Positions 29,008-39,315 of a stretch of 64,000 nt of DNA are shown here, one piece after another. Position 1 is the first letter of the stretch, and every line of letters starts with the position of its first letter. The stretch is from Oligoflexales bacterium (GTDB lineage: Bacteria; Bdellovibrionota_B; Oligoflexia; Oligoflexales; CAIYRB01): the NCBI GenBank assembly GCA_041736175.1, contig JBGSUI010000217.1, positions 51,565 through 115,564 of the forward strand. Direction: 5' to 3'. The notes beneath the pieces were generated by a model. That model saw only the letters and a program-made list of their open reading frames with translations, did not search any database and was not told the origin of the DNA. A program made the translations under genes and the position numbers.

Positions 29008-29904
29008 CTAAGAGACCATTTCAGAAGTTTCATCTTGGAATTTTTGGGCATCGACTCGGGCTAAAAGTCTGAGGATTTCTGCGACTTCTAATGGCTTTAG
29101 GACCACTTGAAAAACATCTAAGTTTAGAACCTTTCGCAGCGGCTCAATCAAATTTGGCTGGGACGTCAGCATTAACACAGGATGAGTATGATTTTTTAAT
29201 TTCTGAAGCAGTTTTTTCAAGTCATCCATGGGCAGCCCATCCATGTCTAAGATCACGGGTAGTTTTTGTTCAATCGCCCTACGGATCAAGATGTCATTTT
29301 CTGCATCAAGGACCGGTCGGATCGATAGGGCTTTAAGAAGCTTTGAATAGAGGTCTCGGGTATCCCCAATTCCGACTACCACGACAACCAACTCCTCTAA
29401 CCGAAGGGCTCCTGCATTGGCTTGTCCACTGGTCATCCAAGCCAAAGCCAAATCTGTCACAGTGATCATCCCCAAGATATCATTGACATGGGTGCCTCCG
29501 AGGGTGATCGGAAAATGCCTGAGGCGTTTCTCTACAAAAAGTTTTCTCATATCTTCGAAGATCGACTCAAGCCTGACCATAATAACGGGTCGACTCATAA
29601 CAGCCATCGCTTTTGCTGCCAATTTACCTTTAAGTTCGAGCAGAGTAAATTTTTGGACAATATCCCTCTCGGTTATAATTCCGACCACTTCGTGATTTTG
29701 ATCGATAACGAGAACCGAACTAATATTGAGATCCCGCATTTGGGTTACAACCTCACCCATAGGGGTTTCTCCGGTCACAAAAATCACTCGTCTGCGAAGC
29801 ATCTGCTTTAGCTCCTCGCTTTTCGGCTTTTTGCTTCGTCCCGAAGGATCAGGTTTATGGGAAGGATCCATGGGTGCTCCTCCAATCATGCCATTTTGCG
29901 CCAT
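29008..29904 (-). CDS. CBS-pair protein with a C-terminal receiver-like domain
   Basis: VGIITERDIV and LGMITVTDL CBS motifs, followed by ILDMD...LMLTS...LKPL, a degenerate REC pattern. Confidence 0.7.
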   Translation of the reverse strand: MAQNGMIGGAPMDPSHKPDPSGRSKKPKSEELKQMLRRRVIFVTGETPMGEVVTQMRDLNISSVLVIDQNHEVVGIITERDIVQKFTLLELKGKLAAKAMAVMSRPVIMVRLESIFEDMRKLFVEKRLRHFPITLGGTHVNDILGMITVTDLALAWMTSGQANAGALRLEELVVVVVGIGDTRDLYSKLLKALSIRPVLDAENDILIRRAIEQKLPVILDMDGLPMDDLKKLLQKLKNHTHPVLMLTSQPNLIEPLRKVLNLDVFQVVLKPLEVAEILRLLARVDAQKFQDETSEMVS

Positions 29905-29982
29905 TGACTACATAGGTCTATGGTAACAAAACTGCACCAAGATCACAAAAGAATCCACTCCGCACCCATCAGAGACTCTAGT

Positions 29983-31197
29983 TTATATCGAAAGGGGCTT
30001 GTAGCCTACTACTACATTGGAACCCACTGCGGGGGCTTTACCCTCAGTGAAAACAATCGCATTAAGAGATTCGTCGTATTTAAACGAAGCCGGATCGATT
30101 TTAGAACCATTGACACCTACCGCAAAACCCCCGGCAGGATCGGCTTTTTGTTTAAGCTTGTATTCGAGTGTGACAGTTTGTTGCACGAGGCGTTTGCCAA
30201 GGTCCACAAACAATGGATTCCAATTGTCTGCACAAAGGTCGTAGACAGCTCCCAAGGTCTCTTTAGCTTTGGCAATTTCTGCATAGACCACTCCAGGCGC
30301 TGCCTGGGTACAAGTTGGGCTTTCCTTGCTGACTCCGTCTAGCCAGACAAGGCCGTTAAAGGATGTCTTGTCTTTAAAGCGGGGGTCAGCCTGCAAGGTT
30401 GCAATAAAAGACTGGGCCGTGACGTCTTCCGCATTGTCATCGGTGATTACAATAAAGGCTTTTTGGGTATTTGCACGAATCGGAACGGTCGTAGGGATCC
30501 CCCCATTTAAGAAATTTGTAAAGTGGTTCAAGGCATCATTACTACCGATACTCTGGTTTAGAGAGGTCACCTTTAACGGGTCCGAGCCAGGGAGTGTCGT
30601 CCGACCTGCCATCACCCAAATGTGGTAATCCAGTCCGACTTCTTTACTAAAAAGTTGCGTTAAAACAGTCAAATTTTGCTGAACCTTAACGGCCTCCTCT
30701 CCCATACTCCCTGATGTGTCTAGCGCTATGATAAGATCTAGGGGCTTTTTTGTAGTTTTTGCGTCGACCACAAACTGCTCTGTGTTTAAATTTTTGAATT
30801 GGGGATCATTTTTTATCAACATATCATTAACGGGATTTTGGCCTCCAGGAGCACCACCTGATCCCGGCAAACCGTCAAGCTGACTGCCGTCTTCTCCCTC
30901 GACGCCGATGTCGCTATTTTTGGAGATCGCTCCTGGTCCTTTACCATTGTTGCCCTGATTTAGGCCACCTGGTTCTTTCTCATTCGCACCCCTTTGGGCA
31001 CTGTCACTCGATGTGCCAGATCGTGGCCCTTCTGCGCCTGGTGTCGAACTTGCACCTGGACTTGCCCCTGTCTTCCCTGCTCCACCTGTCAATGCTGCAT
31101 TACTCGAACAAGATTTTAGACAGGCGACAACAGACAAAATAATAATTAGTTTAACACCTGTAGTCATTGGTAATGTCAAAGATGAATTCATAGTCAA
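29983..31197 (-). CDS. vWA (MIDAS) domain lipoprotein
   Basis: LDTSGSM MIDAS motif, IVITDD, a Gly-rich linker and an N-terminal lipoprotein signal. Confidence 0.8.
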   Translation of the reverse strand: MTMNSSLTLPMTTGVKLIIILSVVACLKSCSSNAALTGGAGKTGASPGASSTPGAEGPRSGTSSDSAQRGANEKEPGGLNQGNNGKGPGAISKNSDIGVEGEDGSQLDGLPGSGGAPGGQNPVNDMLIKNDPQFKNLNTEQFVVDAKTTKKPLDLIIALDTSGSMGEEAVKVQQNLTVLTQLFSKEVGLDYHIWVMAGRTTLPGSDPLKVTSLNQSIGSNDALNHFTNFLNGGIPTTVPIRANTQKAFIVITDDNAEDVTAQSFIATLQADPRFKDKTSFNGLVWLDGVSKESPTCTQAAPGVVYAEIAKAKETLGAVYDLCADNWNPLFVDLGKRLVQQTVTLEYKLKQKADPAGGFAVGVNGSKIDPASFKYDESLNAIVFTEGKAPAVGSNVVVGYKPLSI

Positions 31198-31224
31198 GTC
31201 TCCTTGTGAACCGGATTTAATCTC

Positions 31225-31251
31225 TTATCGGATTTATGACTGTTTCTTTGA
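31225..31251 (-). promoter_or_regulatory. Sigma-28-like promoter
   Basis: TCAA-N15-TCCGATAA upstream of the vWA lipoprotein gene. Confidence 0.5.
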
Positions 31252-31423
31252 CTGTTACCGGCAACACATCAGAATACTAGGGCTATTGAGGCTTAATTTC
31301 CACCCACCCCGATTCGAAGCCCACATCAAATCTTTAAGTCTCTTTGTAAAAGAGGTTGTCTGAAAACTAGGACAAAGTCGCCATGGGTCGAGTTTTCAGA
31401 CACCCTGTTCGTTTTAGCCCGGA

Positions 31424-31729
31424 CTATCCCTCTTGCGGTTCACATGAGCCCTCTGATTCAGGACATCCGGAGCCACAGGTATCATCATCACAAGGGACTT
31501 CGCAGGGACAACCCTCTTCGGGGCAAGTATCTCCGATAGCCTGCTTGTCTGTGGGGCAGCACTCTCCTCCGGGACAACAGCCCGTCTCTGGATCACAGCA
31601 CTCACCGTCCGAGGTGGTCGTAACCTCTGCTGCGTCAACATCTGGTGTTGCCATCTGCTCTGAGAAACCTTGTGCGTTTAAAGCTAAGCCTAACACCAAA
31701 GACATCAATAATTTTGAGATTTTAACCAT
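31424..31729 (-). CDS. Small secreted Cys-rich acidic protein
   Basis: AGGAG RBS, Sec signal peptide, and 13 Cys in the mature part, including three CC doublets. Confidence 0.75.
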   Translation of the reverse strand: MVKISKLLMSLVLGLALNAQGFSEQMATPDVDAAEVTTTSDGECCDPETGCCPGGECCPTDKQAIGDTCPEEGCPCEVPCDDDTCGSGCPESEGSCEPQEG

Positions 31730-31923
31730 TAGTAACTCCTCAATTAATTTGATTTTTAGCGAATCCAGAAAAAATAACTGTACTGATACTGATTATACCT
31801 TAACCCAGAGCCTCCTGTGGGATCACCTAGAAAACTCTCCTGACAAGCCTGATTCTCGTAGTGCAGACTCCTTTGGGTTTTGGTAAAACTGACAAACCAT
31901 ACTTTGCGCTGGAGGGAGAATCT

Positions 31924-33093
31924 ATGGGCTCAAGAGTTAAATTACAGAATTATTACAGATCAATAGGGTTACCATTGTTGGTAACTTGGGTTGCAGCAAA
32001 GCTGTTGGTTGGTGAACCTGTTCAAGGAGCGACTCTTAAAATAGGCACAGTCTTCCCCCTTAGCGGCCAGCAATCCACCTACGGGGAAGAATCCGCGAAT
32101 GGCGTCGAACTTGCTCTAGAAGAACTGAAATCAAAAGACCCAAAGCTTGCCGCTCAGATCGTAGTCGTTAAAGAAGACGAAAAATCAAACCCCGTCGACG
32201 CTGGAAACGCTGTTAAGAAACTTTTGTCCGTCGATAAAGTCGATCTTGTCCTTGGATCCGTCGCTAGCTCTAACACTTTGTCCATGGTCGCACCGGTACT
32301 GGAAGCTGGAAAAATCCTTGTCTCCCATGCTTCCACCAACCCCGAAGTCACCAAAAAGGGCGACGCCATCTTTAGAACCTGCTTTATCGATCCCTTCCAA
32401 GGCACTGTCCTGGCCAATTTTGCCCTCAAAAACCTCAATAAGAAGTCCGCAGCGATTCTGTTGGACCATAAGTCCGATTATTCCAAGGGACTTGCCCAAT
32501 ACTTCGAGGCCGCCTTCGTGGCCGGTGGTGGCAAGATCGTTGCTAAAGAAGCCTATGAAGCAGACAACAAAGAATTTCGCACCCAACTCACCAAAATCCG
32601 CAGTACAAAACCCGAAGTTTTGCTTATTCCCGGATACTACCAAGACGTTGGTATGATTATGAAGCAAGCAAAACAGATGGGCTTTAAGGTCGTGATGCTC
32701 GGAGGCGATGGATGGGACAGTCCAGCCTTGTTTGACCTGGCCGGACCAGCCGTAGTCGATCATTATTTTTCATCCCATTTTTCGGTGGATGACACCGATC
32801 CAGCAGTTCAAACCTTTGTAAAAGCCTATACCACCCGTTATAAAAAGGCACCGGGCGCCATGGCTGCTCTAGCCTATGACACCGTATTTGTGGTTGCAGA
32901 TGCCTTTAAGAGAGCTGGCGACAACTCATCTGCAGCTCTTAAAAAAGCAATGAGTTCAGTAAAGGGATACAAGGGTATCACAGGGACCATCAGCATCAAT
33001 AAAGACCGTGATGCTGAAAAAGATGCTGTGGTGCTGAAGACCCAAGCCAACAAAGCAGTCTTTTCGGCAAAGGTCTCTCCCACATCGCCCTAA
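31924..33093 (+). CDS. livK: Branched-chain amino acid ABC transporter substrate-binding protein
   Basis: KIGTVFPLSG, FRTCFIDPFQG and LGGDGWDS motifs. First gene of the liv operon. Confidence 0.9.
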   Translation: MGSRVKLQNYYRSIGLPLLVTWVAAKLLVGEPVQGATLKIGTVFPLSGQQSTYGEESANGVELALEELKSKDPKLAAQIVVVKEDEKSNPVDAGNAVKKLLSVDKVDLVLGSVASSNTLSMVAPVLEAGKILVSHASTNPEVTKKGDAIFRTCFIDPFQGTVLANFALKNLNKKSAAILLDHKSDYSKGLAQYFEAAFVAGGGKIVAKEAYEADNKEFRTQLTKIRSTKPEVLLIPGYYQDVGMIMKQAKQMGFKVVMLGGDGWDSPALFDLAGPAVVDHYFSSHFSVDDTDPAVQTFVKAYTTRYKKAPGAMAALAYDTVFVVADAFKRAGDNSSAALKKAMSSVKGYKGITGTISINKDRDAEKDAVVLKTQANKAVFSAKVSPTSP

Positions 33094-33142
33094 AGGTCCA
33101 ACTAGTCCATCGCCAGTCCCCTGTTTTCGTTTAGGACCACCT

Positions 33143-34018
33143 ATGCAGCTTATCCAATTCCTAGTCAATGGACTTTCCGTCGGCGCCATGTATGCGCTGA
33201 TCGCCCTCGGCTATACGATGGTCTACGGGATTGTTCAGCTTATCAATTTTGCCCATGGTGAGTTCCTGATGGTGGGAAGCTTTGTGGGAGCCCTCACGGT
33301 ATCCCATATCACTGGCGTCCCAATCGTAGTGGCTCTCTGTCTGGCCATGGTTGCTGCCGGTTTAGTGGCTGTCCTCTGCGAATTTATTGCATACCGCCCC
33401 TTACGGAACCAACCGCGGATTTATGTCCTTACAGCTGCTATTGCCGTGTCCGTGTTTTTGCAAAACCTCGCTCGCCTGATCTTTGGTGCATCTGCCCAAA
33501 ACTTTGCGGCCTCGCTACCGATGGGTGCCTTTGAAATAGGCGAGGTTTTTATCGACTATGCGCAGTTGATGATCTTTGTTTTTTGCTTTGTGATGATGGG
33601 GATTTTATGGGTGATCGTCCACAAGACCAAGCTCGGTCAGGCGATGCGGGCGACCTCCCAGGATATGAATGCGGCCCGCCTGATGGGAATCAATGTTAAT
33701 TTTATTATTTCCTTTACTTTTTTTATTGGAGCCAGCCTCGCTGGAGCCGTCGGTGTCCTCTATGGCATGATGTATTCCGTAGATCCTCTAATGGGTGTCA
33801 AACCTGGCCTAGCTGCTTTTGTCGCCGCCGTGCTCGGTGGTATTGGCTCGTTGCCGGGCGCGATGATCGGCGGACTCTTGATCGGAGTGATTGAAAACCT
33901 TGTCGCTGGCTATATTTCTTCGACCTACCAGTCTGCGGTTACTTTTTTAGTGCTCATTGTAGTGTTGTCCTTTAAACCTTCTGGACTTTTAGGTCGAATG
34001 ACTGTGGTTAAAGTCTAG
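33143..34018 (+). CDS. livH: Branched-chain amino acid ABC permease
   Basis: YALIALGYTMVYGIVQLINFAHGE motif. Confidence 0.93.
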   Translation: MQLIQFLVNGLSVGAMYALIALGYTMVYGIVQLINFAHGEFLMVGSFVGALTVSHITGVPIVVALCLAMVAAGLVAVLCEFIAYRPLRNQPRIYVLTAAIAVSVFLQNLARLIFGASAQNFAASLPMGAFEIGEVFIDYAQLMIFVFCFVMMGILWVIVHKTKLGQAMRATSQDMNAARLMGINVNFIISFTFFIGASLAGAVGVLYGMMYSVDPLMGVKPGLAAFVAAVLGGIGSLPGAMIGGLLIGVIENLVAGYISSTYQSAVTFLVLIVVLSFKPSGLLGRMTVVKV

Positions 34019-34055
34019 GTTATAAACTTAGACCTTTAGAGCGAAGGAGTTCTCT

Positions 34056-35024
34056 TTGTTAGATTTTTTTTTGGCACTTGGCCCTACTTTAAGCAATACC
34101 ATGTGGCTGGTAGGAATCTATATCATCCTGGCCCTAGGGCTTAATTTGATCAACGGCATGGGCGGCATGTTTTCCATTGGCCATGCGGGATTCTGGGCCC
34201 TTGGAGCCTATGCTGCCGGGTTATGCATCACTAAAAACCCACTCGGGCTTCCCGATTTCGCTCTTTTTCCAAGTGGGCTCATCTTAGCGGTCGTCGTCAC
34301 TGCCCTCGCCGGCTGGGCCTTAGCCAAAGCCTGTTTAGGACTCAGTGGCGATTACCTGGCCATAGCTACTTTGGGGTTTTCTATTATTATCGTCAGCCTC
34401 CTTTATAACTTCGATTATGTAGGGGCAGCGACGGGGATGAGTGCACCAACCATGGTCACCAGCCTTGGAATCTGGGGATTTGTCGTCTTGTCTCTTTTGT
34501 TCTATGGCCGGATTCAGTTTAGTAATCGGGGTCGGATGATCTTAGCACTCAGAGAAGACGAAATTGCCGCCCAATCCATCGGCATCGATGCCACAAAATC
34601 TAAAACTTTGGTGTTTATTTTAGGGGCGGCTCTTGCGGGCGTTGCTGGAGCACTCTATGCCGGGTCTGCAAACTACCTCAATCCCGCTGGATTTGAATTT
34701 CACCAGAGCATAAAGATCCTCACCATGGTGGTCTTAGGCGGTCTCGGCACTCTGACTGGTGTGACGTTAGCTGCGGCGGGATTGACCTTACTTCCCGAAT
34801 TGCTGCGTCTCCTAAACTTTAAAGAGTATGAGATGTTGGTTTTTGCCTTGGTGCTCTTGGTCATGGTTTTAGGACGGCCCCAAGGCATTTTTGGACCTAA
34901 AGAGCTCTGGGATCTTAGATTTATCCGCAAACACTGGCATCCTGATCGCAATTACAAGGCCCTTGTCCAAAGCCAAGGAATCAGCCAAAACCCTACTCCC
35001 CCTCAAAATCATAAGGGTGTCTAA
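34056..35024 (+). CDS. livM: Branched-chain amino acid ABC permease
   Basis: LGLNLINGMGGMFSIGHAGF, GDYLAIATLGF and REDEIAA motifs. Confidence 0.92.
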   Translation: MLDFFLALGPTLSNTMWLVGIYIILALGLNLINGMGGMFSIGHAGFWALGAYAAGLCITKNPLGLPDFALFPSGLILAVVVTALAGWALAKACLGLSGDYLAIATLGFSIIIVSLLYNFDYVGAATGMSAPTMVTSLGIWGFVVLSLLFYGRIQFSNRGRMILALREDEIAAQSIGIDATKSKTLVFILGAALAGVAGALYAGSANYLNPAGFEFHQSIKILTMVVLGGLGTLTGVTLAAAGLTLLPELLRLLNFKEYEMLVFALVLLVMVLGRPQGIFGPKELWDLRFIRKHWHPDRNYKALVQSQGISQNPTPPQNHKGV

Positions 35025-35816
35025 GTGGAAAAAAGCCCTTTACCGACCTTTCAACCCCTACCCTTAGTCACCCATAAGCTTGGCATGACTTTTGGCGGCC
35101 TAAAAGCCGTGCAAGATATCAATCTTAAGGTGGGAAAAAACGAAATTGTAGGACTTATCGGCCCCAATGGAGCTGGTAAAACCACCTGCTTTAATATGAT
35201 CACCGGGGTCTATACTCCTAGCCATGGGCGGATTGATTTTTTTGGTAAATCCATTGGCGGACAAAAGCCCGCTGCGATCAATCGACAGGGCATCGCCAGA
35301 ACGTTTCAAAATATCCGCCTCTTTAAACAGTTAAGTGTTTTTGATAATGTCCGGGCAGCCATGCATTCTCAGATCACCTACGGCCTCTTTTCGGCCCTTA
35401 TACGTAACGCCGCCTATCGCCATCAAGAATCTATGGTCGCAGAGAGATCCATTAAGCTTCTCGATATGTTTGATTTAAAAACCCGCGCCACGGAGATTGC
35501 AGGAAGCCTTCCCTATGGCGAGCAGCGCAAGCTCGAAATCGTCAGGGCCCTCGCCACGTCGCCTAAACTATTGCTCCTCGACGAACCCGCTGCCGGAATG
35601 AATCCCCAGGAAACAGCTCTCTTAACTCAGCTCATCCGCCGCATCAAAAATGAGTTTGATCTATCGATACTTCTGATCGAACACGATATGAGTCTGGTGA
35701 TGAAAATCTGTGAACGAATCTATGTCCTAGATTATGGCAAAGAAATCGCCCACGGGACTCCCCATGAGATCCAGACCAATAAAGAAGTCATAAAAGCTTA
35801 CTTAGGTGAGGCGTAA
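35025..35816 (+). CDS. livG: Branched-chain amino acid ABC ATPase
   Basis: GPNGAGKTT, ARTFQNIRLF, LPYGEQR and LLDEPAAGMN motifs. Confidence 0.93.
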   Translation: MEKSPLPTFQPLPLVTHKLGMTFGGLKAVQDINLKVGKNEIVGLIGPNGAGKTTCFNMITGVYTPSHGRIDFFGKSIGGQKPAAINRQGIARTFQNIRLFKQLSVFDNVRAAMHSQITYGLFSALIRNAAYRHQESMVAERSIKLLDMFDLKTRATEIAGSLPYGEQRKLEIVRALATSPKLLLLDEPAAGMNPQETALLTQLIRRIKNEFDLSILLIEHDMSLVMKICERIYVLDYGKEIAHGTPHEIQTNKEVIKAYLGEA

Positions 35817-35817
35817 C

Positions 35818-36525
35818 ATGCTCCAATGCAATAACCTCCATGTTTCCTATGGAGCGGTTCATGCTCTTAAGGGAGTCTCACTCTCGGTGTCCCCCGGGCA
35901 GATCGTCACCCTTATAGGTGCCAATGGAGCTGGAAAATCCACAACTCTCCTCGCCCTTTCTGGTTTACTCAAAGCATCCGAGGGGCAGATCACCTTTGAA
36001 AAGACCAATTTAGCATCACTCCCACCCCACCAGATTGTTGCTCGAGGTCTTATCCATTGCCCCGAGGGACGCAGAGTTTTTAGCCGGATGTCGGTCCGAG
36101 AAAATCTAGAGTTAGGGGCCTTCCTACGCCGTGACCGTCAGGGAGTCCTTCAAGACCTAGAAAAGATCTTTCATCTCTTTCCTCGACTTAAGGAGCGCTC
36201 GGTCCAACTCGCTGGGACGCTTTCCGGTGGCGAACAGCAGATGCTCGCCATAGGTCGAGCAATGATGAGTCGCCCTAAACTCTTGATGCTTGACGAACCG
36301 AGCCTAGGAATTGCGCCCATCCTAGTGCAGGAGATCTTTAGGACCATCAAAAAAATCAATCAGGAAGATAAAGTTACGATTTTATTGGTAGAGCAAAACG
36401 CCCATATGGCGCTCAAACTTGCTGATGAAGCCTATGTGTTAGAGACTGGCAAAGTCGTCCTCAGTGGGCCTGCAGCGCAGTTGGCCCAAGACCCTCGAAT
36501 ACGGGATGCCTATCTAGGGCATTGA
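35818..36525 (+). CDS. livF: Branched-chain amino acid ABC ATPase
   Basis: GANGAGKST, PEGRRVF and LSGGEQQML motifs. Confidence 0.93.
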   Translation: MLQCNNLHVSYGAVHALKGVSLSVSPGQIVTLIGANGAGKSTTLLALSGLLKASEGQITFEKTNLASLPPHQIVARGLIHCPEGRRVFSRMSVRENLELGAFLRRDRQGVLQDLEKIFHLFPRLKERSVQLAGTLSGGEQQMLAIGRAMMSRPKLLMLDEPSLGIAPILVQEIFRTIKKINQEDKVTILLVEQNAHMALKLADEAYVLETGKVVLSGPAAQLAQDPRIRDAYLGH

Positions 36526-36592
36526 TGGTGATGGGCGATCTAAACCAACTGCTTAAGACCGTCTACCCAATAAACAGCACTTATTCCCGATA

Positions 36593-36943
36593 TCAAGTCT
36601 TTTTTTTGCGACATTTGTACTTGATCCGCCACTCCCGTGCCTCTGCCGACTCTGGGGTAAGCGACCAAGGATGGGGAGCCGTGTATTCTGACGATCCAGG
36701 GACGCTATCACCCTCTTCGAGGATGATGGGCGTTTTTTTGCCGCAGGTTTCTTTCATCCTGAGTCTAGCTTCTGCTTTTGCGCCTCGATCTGTACCATCC
36801 GCAAGGGTGATGATTCCACCTTTTCCTGGCGACTTCTTCACCTCTTTTAACGAGGCACACCCCGTAAGGGACATAAACAGCCCTACTACCGGTAGGTAGA
36901 GAACCAAGTCCAAGTGCCTAGGGGGACTAGATCGTGCCTTCAT
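36593..36943 (-). CDS. Small hypothetical lipoprotein
   Basis: Lipobox LTGC and a GGAG RBS. Confidence 0.65.
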   Translation of the reverse strand: MKARSSPPRHLDLVLYLPVVGLFMSLTGCASLKEVKKSPGKGGIITLADGTDRGAKAEARLRMKETCGKKTPIILEEGDSVPGSSEYTAPHPWSLTPESAEAREWRIKYKCRKKKT

Positions 36944-36981
36944 GTATCACTCCGCAGATTGAGAACCTCCCCTCTTAAATC

Positions 36982-36997
36982 TGCAGTATTGATGCCA
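36982..36997 (-). promoter_or_regulatory. Possible sigma-54 promoter
   Basis: The minus strand reads TGGCAT-CAATA-CTGCA with correct GG-N10-GC spacing. Confidence 0.45.
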
Positions 36998-37084
36998 AAG
37001 ACTACCTAAACAGCAACCCACTAGAAACTATATAATCATCACTCCTACCTAGATTCTTACGACGTATAAAGAATCTATAACCTA

Positions 37085-37759
37085 TCAGGATGCTGACTTT
37101 TTAATCGACCACTGGACTTGGAGTTGAGTGTCAAACTGCTTTTCCGCATCCCTCAGAGCATTTTCGATTTCTGCTTCGATCTGCTTCTCGACAAGCTTCT
37201 GAATGGTTTCACGGATTTTAGTCTTAAATTGCAGAGGTAACTCCGCATGGATCCCCATCTCGTGGAGTTGAGGCTGTTGGGAAAGTTGGATCCGTTTTAC
37301 AGATTCAAGCTTGACGGCGGCAAGGGGGACTTGGGCTTCGGCCTTTGATTTAGTAGTTCGGGCGCCTGCTTTCATAGTGTCGGCGATCACTTGGTATGCT
37401 TGGCTCCACTGGTCTTTTAATGTTGGAGTCCAAGCATCCCCAAAAAACTCGCCAAAAGTCTTGAGCAGCGACACTCCCACCCATTCATAATGGTGGATTT
37501 CGGTACCGTATTTGGTATGGCGTTCACCAAGTCCATGGAGAAGGTTTTCGAGTTTGGTGGGTTGGTCAAGGTTGTCGACCACTTGGACAAGCGAGCTGAC
37601 AAGGGCACTTTTTTGTTTGGCCATATCAACCCCCTCAAAAAGAGGCTTACTGAGGGGAAAATCGCCCCAAAGGTTAACATAAAACCGGTCCGCTATTTTT
37701 TCAGCGCTCGGCTTGGCTAATTCAAAAGAGTCTCTAATCATTTTTACATTTAGTGCCAT
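37085..37759 (-). CDS. Globin (flavohaemoglobin/Vgb-type globin domain) with a C-terminal helical extension
   Basis: RFY...PLF, Q at E7, LGERH (proximal His), Y.WVG..LL and W..AY motifs. Confidence 0.85.
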   Translation of the reverse strand: MALNVKMIRDSFELAKPSAEKIADRFYVNLWGDFPLSKPLFEGVDMAKQKSALVSSLVQVVDNLDQPTKLENLLHGLGERHTKYGTEIHHYEWVGVSLLKTFGEFFGDAWTPTLKDQWSQAYQVIADTMKAGARTTKSKAEAQVPLAAVKLESVKRIQLSQQPQLHEMGIHAELPLQFKTKIRETIQKLVEKQIEAEIENALRDAEKQFDTQLQVQWSIKKSAS

Positions 37760-37908
37760 AGTACATCTCCCCTGTTCTCAGGTATCTAGATAGCTAAGTA
37801 GGGATGACCCCCACCGGTTTCACCAGCAGACTAACGGTTGTTTGGGTTAACTTCTTGAAGACTATTTTGAGGCTGAGGGCTTATGATGTAATAATAAAGT
37901 CAATATTC

Positions 37909-39315
37909 TTATGACCCTAGTGGTTCTTTCAGGATAATTTTTTGATAAAAATAATAACTATCCTTGGGTCTTCGCCTTTGGTCCTTATAGTCCACATGAA
38001 CGAGCCCAAACCGCTTTTCGTAGCCAAAAGCCCACTCGAAATTATCCATAATGGACCAAGCAAAATAACCCTTCAGGGGAATCCCTCGCTGGCAAATCCC
38101 ACTCACCTTTTCCAGATGTCGCCGAAAGTACTCCACCCGATGATGGTCGTGAATCTGGCCGTCGGACTCTACGCGATCGTCAAAAGCGGCCCCGTTTTCG
38201 GTGATATAGTAGGCGGGACAGGGATAGTCTTTATCCAGCCGCACCAAGAGATCTTCTAAAGCCTGGGGCGCAATCTCCCACCCCATCACGGTGTACTGGT
38301 TTCCATCTTGGCGGAGGAGTTTTTCTTGTTCTGGAGACCGAGTCCGTCCGATGACTCCGTGGGTATAAAAGTTAACCCCAAGAAAATCGACGGGCTGGCT
38401 TATGATTTGAAGGTCACCCTCTTTGATAAATAACCAACCTTGGTCAGAGCCTCCATGGAGCACGTCAATAAAGCCGCGCTGTTCGTAAGCTCGTTTCATA
38501 TCCTCAGGATAAACACCTTTAAGTAGAGGATCGAGATACCAACGGTTTAAATCGCCATCGGTAAATTCCGCGGCTCTTTGGGCCTCTGGAGAGTCTTGTT
38601 CGACATAGATGGGCGTGAGGTTGAGGGTGATTCCATGCTGTGCATTAGGAGCCAGCTCCCGCATCCGCGCGAGGGCAAGCCCATGGCCGAGGAGCAGATG
38701 ATGGGCGGCCCGCAGGGCTAGACCGCCATCTCTAAAGCCCGGTGCATGCTCCCCCGTGCGATGTCCTAAGACCGCAGAGCAGAAAGGCTCGTTTAGTGTG
38801 ATCCAGTGCTGGACACGATCACCGAGGGACTTAACAACCGTGGCGGCATAATCAGCAAAAGACTCTGCCGTCGCGCGCACAATCCAGCCACCGTAATTTT
38901 GCAGGGCCTGGGGTAAATCCCAGTGATAGAGAGTCACCCAAGGGGCAATCCCCCGTGCGAGCATCCCGTCGACGAGCCTGTTATAAAAATCAAGGCCCTT
39001 GGCTTGGACCTTACCGCGGCCTTCTGGGTAAATCCGCGGCCATGCGACGGAAAACCGATATGCGGTCACCCCCAGGTCCTTCATAAGGTCCAGGTCTTTT
39101 TCCCAAAGATGATAGTGATCACAGGCAACTGTCCCGTCACTATGATCTGCCACCCGCCCAGGTGTCAGACAAAAAGTATCCCATATAGAAGGTCCACGGC
39201 CATCCACCCGGGACGCTCCTTCGATTTGAAAGGAGGAACTCGCCGCGCCCCAAACAAAACCAGTTGGAAAGGTCCCTAAAAAAGAAGTCGCTGGGTTCGT
39301 CTGGGTTTTTTTAAT
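37909..39315 (-). CDS. Beta-glucosidase, GH1 family (probable non-canonical ATT start)
   Basis: FPTGFVWGAASSSFQIEG, TLNEP, ITENG and DNFEWAFGY motifs. The conserved N-terminal motif lies upstream of the tracked GTG at 39207. Confidence 0.9.
   Translation of the reverse strand: MKKTQTNPATSFLGTFPTGFVWGAASSSFQIEGASRVDGRGPSIWDTFCLTPGRVADHSDGTVACDHYHLWEKDLDLMKDLGVTAYRFSVAWPRIYPEGRGKVQAKGLDFYNRLVDGMLARGIAPWVTLYHWDLPQALQNYGGWIVRATAESFADYAATVVKSLGDRVQHWITLNEPFCSAVLGHRTGEHAPGFRDGGLALRAAHHLLLGHGLALARMRELAPNAQHGITLNLTPIYVEQDSPEAQRAAEFTDGDLNRWYLDPLLKGVYPEDMKRAYEQRGFIDVLHGGSDQGWLFIKEGDLQIISQPVDFLGVNFYTHGVIGRTRSPEQEKLLRQDGNQYTVMGWEIAPQALEDLLVRLDKDYPCPAYYITENGAAFDDRVESDGQIHDHHRVEYFRRHLEKVSGICQRGIPLKGYFAWSIMDNFEWAFGYEKRFGLVHVDYKDQRRRPKDSYYFYQKIILKEPLGS

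Noticed and set aside
31383..31886. Plus-strand 167-aa ORF
   Set aside because: It is an antisense shadow of the Cys-rich secreted protein, which has the RBS and signal peptide.
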